From: a bacterium
GTDB taxonomy: Bacteria > Patescibacteriota > UBA1384 > VFKW01
Length of the DNA stretch: 64,000 nt
Direction of reading: 5' to 3'
Assembly (NCBI GenBank): GCA_030647355.1
Contig: JAUSIS010000013.1
Coordinates: 48,353-112,352, forward strand
Made by a program: the position numbers and the translations under genes. This document shows positions 54,512 through 62,460 of the stretch, piece after piece (within the stretch, counting starts at the first letter, position 1; the number at the start of each line of letters is the position of its first letter). Under the pieces are notes generated by a model. It ran no database searches. It saw only the letters and a list, made by a program, of their open reading frames with translations, and was not told where the DNA came from.

Positions 54512-57500
54512 ATGTTCAATTTTAACCGGCACTTTTCTTTAAAAAGTAAAACTCGGCTGATTCTTTCCTTGATTTTAGTAATAGTCTGTCTCTGGAGCAT
54601 TAATCAGCTTTTTTTTAAGGCGGATGAGATTGGTCATCCCTCGATACTCCTCCCAGTCAATAATTCCTATCTTACATATGTTAATAACCCTCTCATTCAA
54701 GGCACCGCCACCGCTGGTGCTAATCTTTCTGTTTTGGACAATGATACCGCTATTGGCAGTATAACTACCGAAGCCAGCGGCCATTTTTATTATAAACCAA
54801 CAGCCGGTTTTACTGAAGGCGTTCATAAATTGCAAGTTCGAGATAACACCCTCGGTTTAAACTCTGACGCTATTTATATAAAAATTAACACAGCCGATCC
54901 CGGTAAGGCGATCCTAAAAGCCCAGGGTACGCAAATTATTGAAAATGATCATCCTTATTACGGTAACGGTATAAATCAATATAACGCAATTGTAAAAATG
55001 ATGGGTGATCCGGCTGGGGTGGAAGCTGATTTTGCCAAAGCGGAAAAAGCTGGCGTCAAGATGGTAAGGATTATTAACTATACTCTTGACGATATGGTGT
55101 TACCAAATCCAACCAGCGCTCCCACGGCGATAGTTGGGTCAGGCGGGACTATGGCTGCAGGCAATTATGTTTATCGCTATACCTGTGCAAATTTAAGCAA
55201 AGATGTATTTGCCTATAATACGGCCGAGACACTGCCCAGCCCCGCCACATCATCCATTGCTGTTGGCAGTGGGCAAAAAGTCACTCTTTCGCTGGCACCA
55301 TGTGCTAAATCTTATCGCTATGAAGTTTATCGTCGGTTGGCATCTGGTGCGTCAAACACCGAAGCTTTTCTTGGAGAGGCCTCGCAGATCGCCGGCCAAC
55401 AAGCCACTTATACAGACGATGGAAGCAAAACCCCTTCGCACGGACTACCCGCCAGCAACCAAACCCAAAATAATCCAAGATCAACCTGGCCGACCAACCA
55501 AAGTAAAGCTTTTATGACCGGTTTTGGCAACTGGAACGAAGATGCGCTGGTTGCCTCTGACAAGACAATGGCTTTGGCAAAAAAGTATAATATTCGTATT
55601 CTTTTTACCTTTATTGATCAGCATGATAATAATACCGGCGGCGTCAGGGACATTGCCCGAAACTGCGCCGTGGGAAATAGCGAATTTTTTGCCAATGATT
55701 GCTCAAAAAACATGAATAAAGAAATTATTAGTAAGTTTCTAAACAGGACTAACACCATAACAGGGATAAACTACAAAGATGACCCGGCAATTTTTTCTTG
55801 GGAATTAATCAACGAACCATGGGAAACTAATGGCGGAAATGGTTTTAGGTGGTGGATAAATGAAATTGGGGGTTATCTTAAAACAATCGATTCAAAACAC
55901 ATGCTGTCTTCAGGAGACGACGGCAGCGTCTGGTTTACTCACAATGAAGAGGCTGCATATAATACAAATAATGCTCATGATTTTGTTTTGGATGGGACAC
56001 CTAGCGTTATAGATCTTTTAACATTTCACGGTTATCCGGAATCAAACGGATTTGTATTTAATCACGGATCTTATGGTACATTTACTCCTACCGCTGAATG
56101 GTTGGATAAATGGGGGCCGGTTTCAGGGCCAATTGATATTGCCGGCTCAATCAAAGAAATGCAAAGACGGGCTCATTACGCTAATTTATTAAATAAACCA
56201 GTGGTTTTTGGGGAATGGGGGCTTAACCAATCGCCGGAAAATAATTGGTTGAAGCCTGAAGCAAATGATTGGATTAATGGTATTTCCAATGCCATATTAA
56301 CCATCAAACCCGACTTAGTAAGGGGAAACGATGCCTTCTCTGATGGTAACTTTAGCCGGCCAATAAGTGATACGTGGAATGTTGGAGATTATACGGCAAG
56401 TCTGGCTATTGATAACACCGTAACCAATAATAATCATCCGACATTAAAAATTACTACTAAAGCAGACCCAAGGGGCGGTTCGGCAAGTAGAGTATCTAGT
56501 AAAATATTTCCCATAAAACCAAATACAAAATATTGGTATGAGTTTACCGGCAAAAATCCCTCCTCCAGAACATTAGAATTCAATCTCCAATATTATAACG
56601 GCAGTGTCGCCAAAGATTTAATTTGGGGATATGGTGGTAGTATTGCCAGCGGTACCAATAGCTGGAGAACACTTACCCGGTTTGATAATAGTTTATGCGA
56701 ATTTACTACTCCCGCAGATGTGGATGGGGCAGTTATTTTACTGAATATGATTAATGGAATACCTGGCGATACGGCTTGGATAGGGCAGTTGAGGTTGTAC
56801 GAATTAACAGAACCAACGGCAAGCAATAATTCCACTTTTGCCTCAACCGGCTGGTGGGGTGTTGATTTGGATTATTCAATGGATGCATTAGCGATGGCGG
56901 CTAGGAATTTTGAAATAGCCAGCTATGCCGGATTACCTCCTATTTCTCCCCCCACACCTGATACTACGGCTCCCACTACCGCCATTACCACCCCGACTAA
57001 CAACGCTTCTGTCTCGAGTACGGCGACGATTATGGCTTCCGCGTCCGATGCTGTTGGAGTAACGAAAGTAGAGTTTTATGAAAACAATAATCTGATCTCT
57101 TCTAAGACGACCTCTCCATTCTCGGTTACATGGGACACTACCAAAGTCACCAATGGCTCACATGTCTTAAATACTAAGGCCTACGATGGGGCTAATAATG
57201 TTGGCACTTCGCCGACTGTTGCTGTTACAGTAGCCAATACTACCAATCCTACCGATACTACTCCTCCGACAGTTTCTATTACGTCTCCCTTAAACAATGC
57301 TACGATTACAATAAGGACCAAAATCAATATTACGGCTTCTGCTACCGATAATGTACAAGTCACCAAAGTCGAGTTTTACATCAATGGTTCTCTTAAAACC
57401 ACCAATACGATTTCTCCTTACTCATACTCCTGGAACACCAGAGGCAAACGTATCTCTGCCGGTACTTACACTATCATTGCTAAGGCCTATGATGCCGCCG

Positions 57501-57544
57501 GTAATGTTGGCCAAAAATCCATCGTTGTTACCTTGACTAAATAA
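54512..57544 (+). CDS. secreted GH5-family glycoside hydrolase with two C-terminal bacterial Ig-like domains
   Basis: RBS agagggg upstream of ATG 54512. Signal/TM segment. WELINEPW (acid/base Glu in NEP) and VVFGEWG (nucleophile Glu). Two Ig-like repeats of about 90 aa (TKVEFY...) at the C-terminus. Confidence 0.65.
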   Translation: MFNFNRHFSLKSKTRLILSLILVIVCLWSINQLFFKADEIGHPSILLPVNNSYLTYVNNPLIQGTATAGANLSVLDNDTAIGSITTEASGHFYYKPTAGFTEGVHKLQVRDNTLGLNSDAIYIKINTADPGKAILKAQGTQIIENDHPYYGNGINQYNAIVKMMGDPAGVEADFAKAEKAGVKMVRIINYTLDDMVLPNPTSAPTAIVGSGGTMAAGNYVYRYTCANLSKDVFAYNTAETLPSPATSSIAVGSGQKVTLSLAPCAKSYRYEVYRRLASGASNTEAFLGEASQIAGQQATYTDDGSKTPSHGLPASNQTQNNPRSTWPTNQSKAFMTGFGNWNEDALVASDKTMALAKKYNIRILFTFIDQHDNNTGGVRDIARNCAVGNSEFFANDCSKNMNKEIISKFLNRTNTITGINYKDDPAIFSWELINEPWETNGGNGFRWWINEIGGYLKTIDSKHMLSSGDDGSVWFTHNEEAAYNTNNAHDFVLDGTPSVIDLLTFHGYPESNGFVFNHGSYGTFTPTAEWLDKWGPVSGPIDIAGSIKEMQRRAHYANLLNKPVVFGEWGLNQSPENNWLKPEANDWINGISNAILTIKPDLVRGNDAFSDGNFSRPISDTWNVGDYTASLAIDNTVTNNNHPTLKITTKADPRGGSASRVSSKIFPIKPNTKYWYEFTGKNPSSRTLEFNLQYYNGSVAKDLIWGYGGSIASGTNSWRTLTRFDNSLCEFTTPADVDGAVILLNMINGIPGDTAWIGQLRLYELTEPTASNNSTFASTGWWGVDLDYSMDALAMAARNFEIASYAGLPPISPPTPDTTAPTTAITTPTNNASVSSTATIMASASDAVGVTKVEFYENNNLISSKTTSPFSVTWDTTKVTNGSHVLNTKAYDGANNVGTSPTVAVTVANTTNPTDTTPPTVSITSPLNNATITIRTKINITASATDNVQVTKVEFYINGSLKTTNTISPYSYSWNTRGKRISAGTYTIIAKAYDAAGNVGQKSIVVTLTK

Positions 57545-57679
57545 ACCGATAAACCGACCCTCACTATTAGACTCATTTCGAACCGCTAAAAAAATAGCAA
57601 TTCACAGATTGGAAGTACGCAAAATCGGACTTATCGTCCAACTTGGCTCCGAGACTAGGATTTTCACCCCTCACTTTCA

Positions 57680-57753
57680 TGGCTGCCGGACTAGGACTCG
57701 AACCTAGATTAACAGGACCAGAACCTGTCGTCCTACCGTTAGACGATCCGGCA
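57680..57753 (-). tRNA. tRNA-Gln (anticodon CUG), CCA encoded
   Basis: Manual fold: U1:A72 acceptor UGCCGGA/UCCGGCA, G73 discriminator, D-arm GTCT-AACGGTA-GGAC, anticodon loop TTCTGGT, T-arm CTAGG-TTCGAGT-CCTAG. U1:A72 plus G73 are classic Gln identity features. Confidence 0.8.
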
Positions 57754-57773
57754 AAATATAAAGTGAGGGGCAG

Positions 57774-57824
57774 ACCTAGGTTCCAAGGTCCAGAACCTTG
57801 TGTCCTACCGCTAGACGATCCCGG
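57774..57824 (-). pseudogene. truncated tRNA-Gln(CUG) duplicate (5' two-thirds only)
   Basis: CCGGGATCGTCTAGCGGTAGGACACAAGGTTCTGGACCTTGGAACCTAGGT matches the acceptor 5' strand, D-arm and anticodon arm of the adjacent tRNA-Gln, then diverges with no T-arm or acceptor 3' strand. Confidence 0.45.
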
Positions 57825-57886
57825 ATTACATTAATTATTATACCTGCAAATCAGATAACTGTAAATAATAATAAATGAGATACGGG

Positions 57887-58984
57887 TTAAGCCAACCTAA
57901 ATTCTTCAGGAATTGAAGGCATCCCGTGAATAGCTCCGGGCGCCGGGCCATCGCTTTTCATGAGTCCGCCTTTCTCCAGATTAATCAAATGCGACACAAT
58001 TTCACTCTGAGGCACATTTTTACCCGAGATATATTGATATTGCTTGCCAAGATGCTCTTCAATCCAATACTTATATGTCGGATGATCGGCTAATATTATT
58101 ATCGGCACGCTACCAGATTTCTTATCTTCAACCAAAGCGGAGAAAAAATCTTCCCCCATCATGCCAGCCAAACCATAATCAACAACAATTCCATTAATAG
58201 GAAACTTTGCTATATACGAGTGAAATTCATCCACGCTCGTCAATGAAACTACATTCCACTTTCGCTTAAAAAATTCCTTATTTAAATATTCCCTCGTGCC
58301 ATCGCCTACATTAACAAATACTACTTTACCAAATATCCTATTCCTGCCCCTGGCCAGTAACAATAAAATTAGGGCAAGAAACATTCCAAATATTATCCCC
58401 GAAACATGCGCCAAATACGCCACACCGCTCGATCTTGCAGAACTTACACTCAAGATATTAACCACTAAATAGTATCCTACAGCAATCCAAGCAGGAAGCT
58501 GAAAAACATAATAACGGATAAAAAGCCAAGTAAAAAACTTAATATCGTCCTTAGGCAAGATAATCATATAAGCGCCCATTGCTCCTGAAATTGCACCAGA
58601 AGCGCCCAGTAAGCCGAGAAACTGGCCACCGGATGCAAGATCGAAAGCCAAAGTACTCATAATCCCTGAAACAAAGTAAATTAATACAAAACGCCATATG
58701 CCAACCATTCTTTCCAAACGACTTCCAAAAAGCCATAAGAAAAACATATTGCTAAAAATATGCATAAAGCTGGCATGAGTAAACATAGCCGTGATTAAGG
58801 TTTGATAATTCCCGCCTAATCGATCCGTGGGACGGTAAATCAACGTTTCAATATTAAAACCAGGAATTAATTTTAGATTATAAATAAGATATACAGCGAT
58901 ATTAATTAATATTATTGTCACTACTGCCCATGGAAATCTATAACTCAGAAGTTTAGAAACTGCCTTCAGCGGAAGAAAAAACAC
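57887..58984 (-). CDS. rhomboid family intramembrane serine protease fused to a C-terminal receiver-like (pseudo-REC) domain
   Basis: 6 TM helices carrying the rhomboid motifs HASFMHIFSNM and GASGAISG (catalytic Ser), with His in TM6. The C-terminal 150 aa (IVVDYGLAGMMGEDF...PIIILADH) resemble a CheY receiver with a degenerate acidic pocket. Confidence 0.7.
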   Translation of the reverse strand: MFFLPLKAVSKLLSYRFPWAVVTIILINIAVYLIYNLKLIPGFNIETLIYRPTDRLGGNYQTLITAMFTHASFMHIFSNMFFLWLFGSRLERMVGIWRFVLIYFVSGIMSTLAFDLASGGQFLGLLGASGAISGAMGAYMIILPKDDIKFFTWLFIRYYVFQLPAWIAVGYYLVVNILSVSSARSSGVAYLAHVSGIIFGMFLALILLLLARGRNRIFGKVVFVNVGDGTREYLNKEFFKRKWNVVSLTSVDEFHSYIAKFPINGIVVDYGLAGMMGEDFFSALVEDKKSGSVPIIILADHPTYKYWIEEHLGKQYQYISGKNVPQSEIVSHLINLEKGGLMKSDGPAPGAIHGMPSIPEEFRLA

Positions 58985-59001
58985 ACACCCTCCTACTCAA
59001 A

Positions 59002-60474
59002 TCACTTCTCCAGCTTCGTAATCGCGTCTTGAATACGTTTAAGAGACCTCTCCTTACCCAGCACGCTCAAGAGCTCAAAAACCCCGGGCGACGCTTTCTC
59101 GCCGGTCAAGGCCACTCTAATCGGCCACAGAAGTTCCCCATTGGTAATTTTCAACTTTGCAACTGTACCAATCAAGGTTTTTTCCAGATTATCAGGTCCG
59201 AATATTTCAATCTCTTGGAGTTCGGCTAGCCCCGCCTTTAAATAATTGGCAATATCGCTTTTTTTAGCATTCTTAGGAACCAAGAGTTCAGCGTCATAAT
59301 TTAAATCATTACCAAAAAAGTAATGTGTCAGTTCGCAAATCTCATCTAATCTTTTCATTCTCTCTTGAACCATACTTACTGCCTGCAATAAATATTCCGG
59401 CTTTGCTTGTGCTTCGATAAATGCGGCAGGATTGCATTTTTCCATAAATGGCAAACATAAGTTTGCTAAATCGCCAATCTTCTTCTGTCTTATATAATAA
59501 CCATTGATATAATCGAGTCTTTGAATATCAAATATTGCCGGACTCTTACTTACCTTATCCAGCGAAAATTCTGTCTCTAAATCCCCTAAACTAAAAATCT
59601 CTTTATCATTTGCCGGATGCCATCCTAAAAGCGCCATAAAGTTAATCATTGCCTCGGGTAGATACCCTTTATCGCGGAAATCTTCTGTTAGCGACGCCGG
59701 ATTTTTTCTTTTTGAAATCTTAGATTTATCAGGATTCAAAATTAATGGTAGATGCCCATACTCAGGAGCCATAAGACCAAGCGCCTTAAACAAAAGCAAC
59801 TGCTTAGGAGTATTAGATAAATGATCTTCAGCCCTAAGCACGTGAGAAATTTTCATTAAACTGTCATCAATTAAATTTGTCAGTAAAAATAATGGATTAC
59901 CATCTGATCCGACGATGACAAAATCACCGAATAAGGACATATCAAACTTCATTGGTCCTTTTATCAAGTCATCAAACTCAATAACTTCATCGCTTACTTT
60001 GAACCGTATAGCTGGCTTCTTCCCCTCCTTTGTCAATCCGGCAATATCGCTTTCACTAAGGCCGCGGCATTTGCCCGAATACTTCGGCATCTGGTGAGCT
60101 TTTTCCTGCTTTTCTCGCTCCTCTGCCAGCTCTTCTTGACTGCAGAAACAATAATATGCATCTTTGCTCTCCGCCATCCGATCAATAAATTCCTTATAAA
60201 TCTCGGCTCGTTCGCTTTGACGATAAGGTCCATACCGGCCATCGCTCATCGGTCCCTCATCCCAAGAAAGCCCAAGCCAAGATAAGCCCTCTAGAATATC
60301 AATTTCCGATTCCGGAGTTGACCTGACTTTATCAGAATCTTCTATGCGCAAAACAAATTTACCACCAAATTTCTTAGCAAAAAGATAATTAAAAAGAGCT
60401 GTCCTAGCCGATCCGAAATGTAATTTTCCGGTTGGAGAAGGCGCAAACCTCACTCTTACTAACTCGTCCATCAA
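59002..60474 (-). CDS. gltX: glutamyl-tRNA synthetase
   Basis: RFAPSPTGKLHFGSART (HIGH-type) and KISKR (KMSKS-type) motifs. Confidence 0.9.
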   Translation of the reverse strand: MMDELVRVRFAPSPTGKLHFGSARTALFNYLFAKKFGGKFVLRIEDSDKVRSTPESEIDILEGLSWLGLSWDEGPMSDGRYGPYRQSERAEIYKEFIDRMAESKDAYYCFCSQEELAEEREKQEKAHQMPKYSGKCRGLSESDIAGLTKEGKKPAIRFKVSDEVIEFDDLIKGPMKFDMSLFGDFVIVGSDGNPLFLLTNLIDDSLMKISHVLRAEDHLSNTPKQLLLFKALGLMAPEYGHLPLILNPDKSKISKRKNPASLTEDFRDKGYLPEAMINFMALLGWHPANDKEIFSLGDLETEFSLDKVSKSPAIFDIQRLDYINGYYIRQKKIGDLANLCLPFMEKCNPAAFIEAQAKPEYLLQAVSMVQERMKRLDEICELTHYFFGNDLNYDAELLVPKNAKKSDIANYLKAGLAELQEIEIFGPDNLEKTLIGTVAKLKITNGELLWPIRVALTGEKASPGVFELLSVLGKERSLKRIQDAITKLEK

Positions 60475-60488
60475 AACTCCATCTTTAC

Positions 60489-60845
60489 TTAGCCCTCAAC
60501 TGCACTATAAATATAATTAATCCGTGGCAATCCACCAAAATCATTAATCGCCACCACATCTATGCGAAGCTGCGAATCAGGGTATTGCTTACTCAATTCG
60601 CGCGCCAGCAATCGTAGTTTCTTCTGCTTGGCCAAATCAACTTTCTCCTCGGCAATCCCATAACCACCGCTAGCTCTTGTCTTAACCTCTACAATAACTA
60701 TCGTATCTGCATCTTGAGCTAGAATGTCAATCTCGCCTACAGTCATTCTAACATTAGTTTCTAAAATTTTCATCCCTTTTTGAGCCAAAAAATGGCAAGC
60801 CATAGACTCGCCACTTTTACCTGTCTCTTTTCTTTGAAATGTCAT
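60489..60845 (-). CDS. yraN: YraN-family (UPF0102) endonuclease-like protein
   Basis: GEIDILA...VIVEVKTR is the PD-(D/E)xK-like YraN pattern. Confidence 0.8.
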   Translation of the reverse strand: MTFQRKETGKSGESMACHFLAQKGMKILETNVRMTVGEIDILAQDADTIVIVEVKTRASGGYGIAEEKVDLAKQKKLRLLARELSKQYPDSQLRIDVVAINDFGGLPRINYIYSAVEG

Positions 60846-60854
60846 TACCTGTCC

Positions 60855-61433
60855 TTATTCTTTGGAGTTCTCTGGTTTGTCCTGTACTTCTGAGGAATTT
60901 TCATCAGATTCAATACTGACTTCAGGTGCTTGAACTGGCTCATCAACAGCCTCTTCTATAGTCTCAAAATCTTCTGCTTGCGGTGCTTCTGCTTCCCCCG
61001 ATTCCTCAACCACCTCATTTACTTCATCTTCTTGAGCTGGCTTACTTGGAACCACTAGCTCTTCCCAAGATTCCGCTTTCACCGAATCAGATCGAAGCCG
61101 GGCTTTGCGCCCTGTCAACTGACGAATATAATAAAGTTTAGCTTTACGCACCTTACTGGCTTTTACTCTTTCAATTTTAGCAATCTTTGGTGAATGTAAA
61201 GGAAAAGTCCTCTCCACACCAACTCCGGAAGCAATACGCCTAACAGTAAATGAGCCATCCATGCCCCGACTGCCGGAGACTGAAATCACCAGACCTTCAA
61301 AAACCTGTATACGCTCTTTACCGGCTTCGACAATCCTCTGGTGTACTCGAACAACATCACCGGAACGCAAAACTGGCACTTTTTTCTTTAAATGTTTCGA
61401 CTCAACCAATGCAATTAACGGATGTTTACCCAT
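60855..61433 (-). CDS. rplS: 50S ribosomal protein L19 with an acidic C-terminal extension of about 75 aa
   Basis: MGKHPLIALVE...VRVHQRIVEAGKERIQVFEGLVI...TVRRI matches L19. RBS aagga upstream. The tail after about residue 115 is E/D/P-rich low complexity. Confidence 0.8.
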   Translation of the reverse strand: MGKHPLIALVESKHLKKKVPVLRSGDVVRVHQRIVEAGKERIQVFEGLVISVSGSRGMDGSFTVRRIASGVGVERTFPLHSPKIAKIERVKASKVRKAKLYYIRQLTGRKARLRSDSVKAESWEELVVPSKPAQEDEVNEVVEESGEAEAPQAEDFETIEEAVDEPVQAPEVSIESDENSSEVQDKPENSKE

Positions 61434-61589
61434 ATCAAAATCCTTTCCATAAGCAAAGATATAATAGCATAAAAAAATCCTTGAGACAAGACCGGCTACA
61501 TAAGTGAGCCAACCTCTTCTCAAGGATATAATTCAGAACTTCAGAATCATAAATAATCGCTTGGCTGAGATACCAGTCAGACTTCTGAC

Positions 61590-61870
61590 GATTTACCCCC
61601 CTCCCTTACCACTTATACTTGGCTTGCGGTGGTTACGGCAGCGACTGCCGTCTCCACGATCTTTATCACGTGACCCATATTGCCTCTGATCTTGGGCCCG
61701 ATTCCAAACGTTCGCTCGGCCGCTGTGCTCAGATGCACTTCCACCTCCCCTGTCCGGCCACTCACCAGACGCACCGCTTTGCACACCCCGCCACTGCCAA
61801 GCTCTTTTCCTAACCGTGACCTCAGAATCGCCAAGTCTACTTGTCTCAATCCATGCCTCCCTGCGCGAGT
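61590..61870. other. GC-rich (about 55%) island between rpmA and rplS; candidate structured RNA or foreign/KH-like small ORF
   Basis: Open frames in 5 of 6 frames, typical of GC-rich RNA genes in AT-rich genomes. The 93-aa minus ORF (61613-61894) has a weak KhpA/KH-like pattern (HLSTAAERTFGIGPKIRG). Unresolved. Confidence 0.2.
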
Positions 61871-62063
61871 AATCTCTATTGCTGTCTTATGCAATAGGCA
61901 AAAGAAGCTAAAACTAGCATCTTTTGTCTAATGCAAAAGCAGATTCAATGTACAACAAAATAATGTTCCCATAATATCCCGAAATACGCTTCTTGTCAAT
62001 ATCGTTACCCTCTAAAACCAAAAAATCCCTCTCAGGATTTTTTGTGCTAGAAATTCAAAATAT

Positions 62064-62345
62064 TTATTTTACAATCTCGACCGCAACAACTTGAGTTTTC
62101 TCCAGCGAGCCGTCGAATTTCTTTATACTCTTGAGCTGAAACTTGACTACTCCGTCAACCTTGGCATAAATAGTATCGTCCGTTCCCATTGCCGTATTCT
62201 CACCAGCATAAAACTTACTGCCTCTCTGTCGTATAATAATGTCGCCGGTCTTTGCCTTCATACCGCCAAAAATCTTCACACCAAGTCTCTTTGATATTGA
62301 ATCGCGTCCTAATTTGCTTGTACCCTTCGCCTTTGTATGCGCCAT
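62064..62345 (-). CDS. rpmA: 50S ribosomal protein L27 with a short C-terminal extension
   Basis: [16 protein letters not shown]...KRLGVK..GG matches L27. Confidence 0.8.
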   Translation of the reverse strand: MAHTKAKGTSKLGRDSISKRLGVKIFGGMKAKTGDIIIRQRGSKFYAGENTAMGTDDTIYAKVDGVVKFQLKSIKKFDGSLEKTQVVAVEIVK

Positions 62346-62460
62346 AATTAACTCCTTAACTACCCGTCCATTATATATCAACTATTCCGTTTGGTCAATA
62401 AGTTTGCTAATGTGAAAACGGCATCAGTCCAACAATGATAATAACAAACTAGGGTAAAAA

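Noticed and set aside
57774-57824. Upstream tRNA-Gln-like sequence as a second functional tRNA
   Set aside because: After the anticodon arm the sequence (CTAGGTCTGCCCCTCAC) cannot form a T-arm or the acceptor 3' strand. It is therefore called a truncated pseudogene.
57643-57834. 63-aa plus-strand ORF
   Set aside because: It overlaps the tRNA-Gln gene and its truncated duplicate on the opposite strand. The repeated LPLDDP peptide is simply the two tRNA copies translated.
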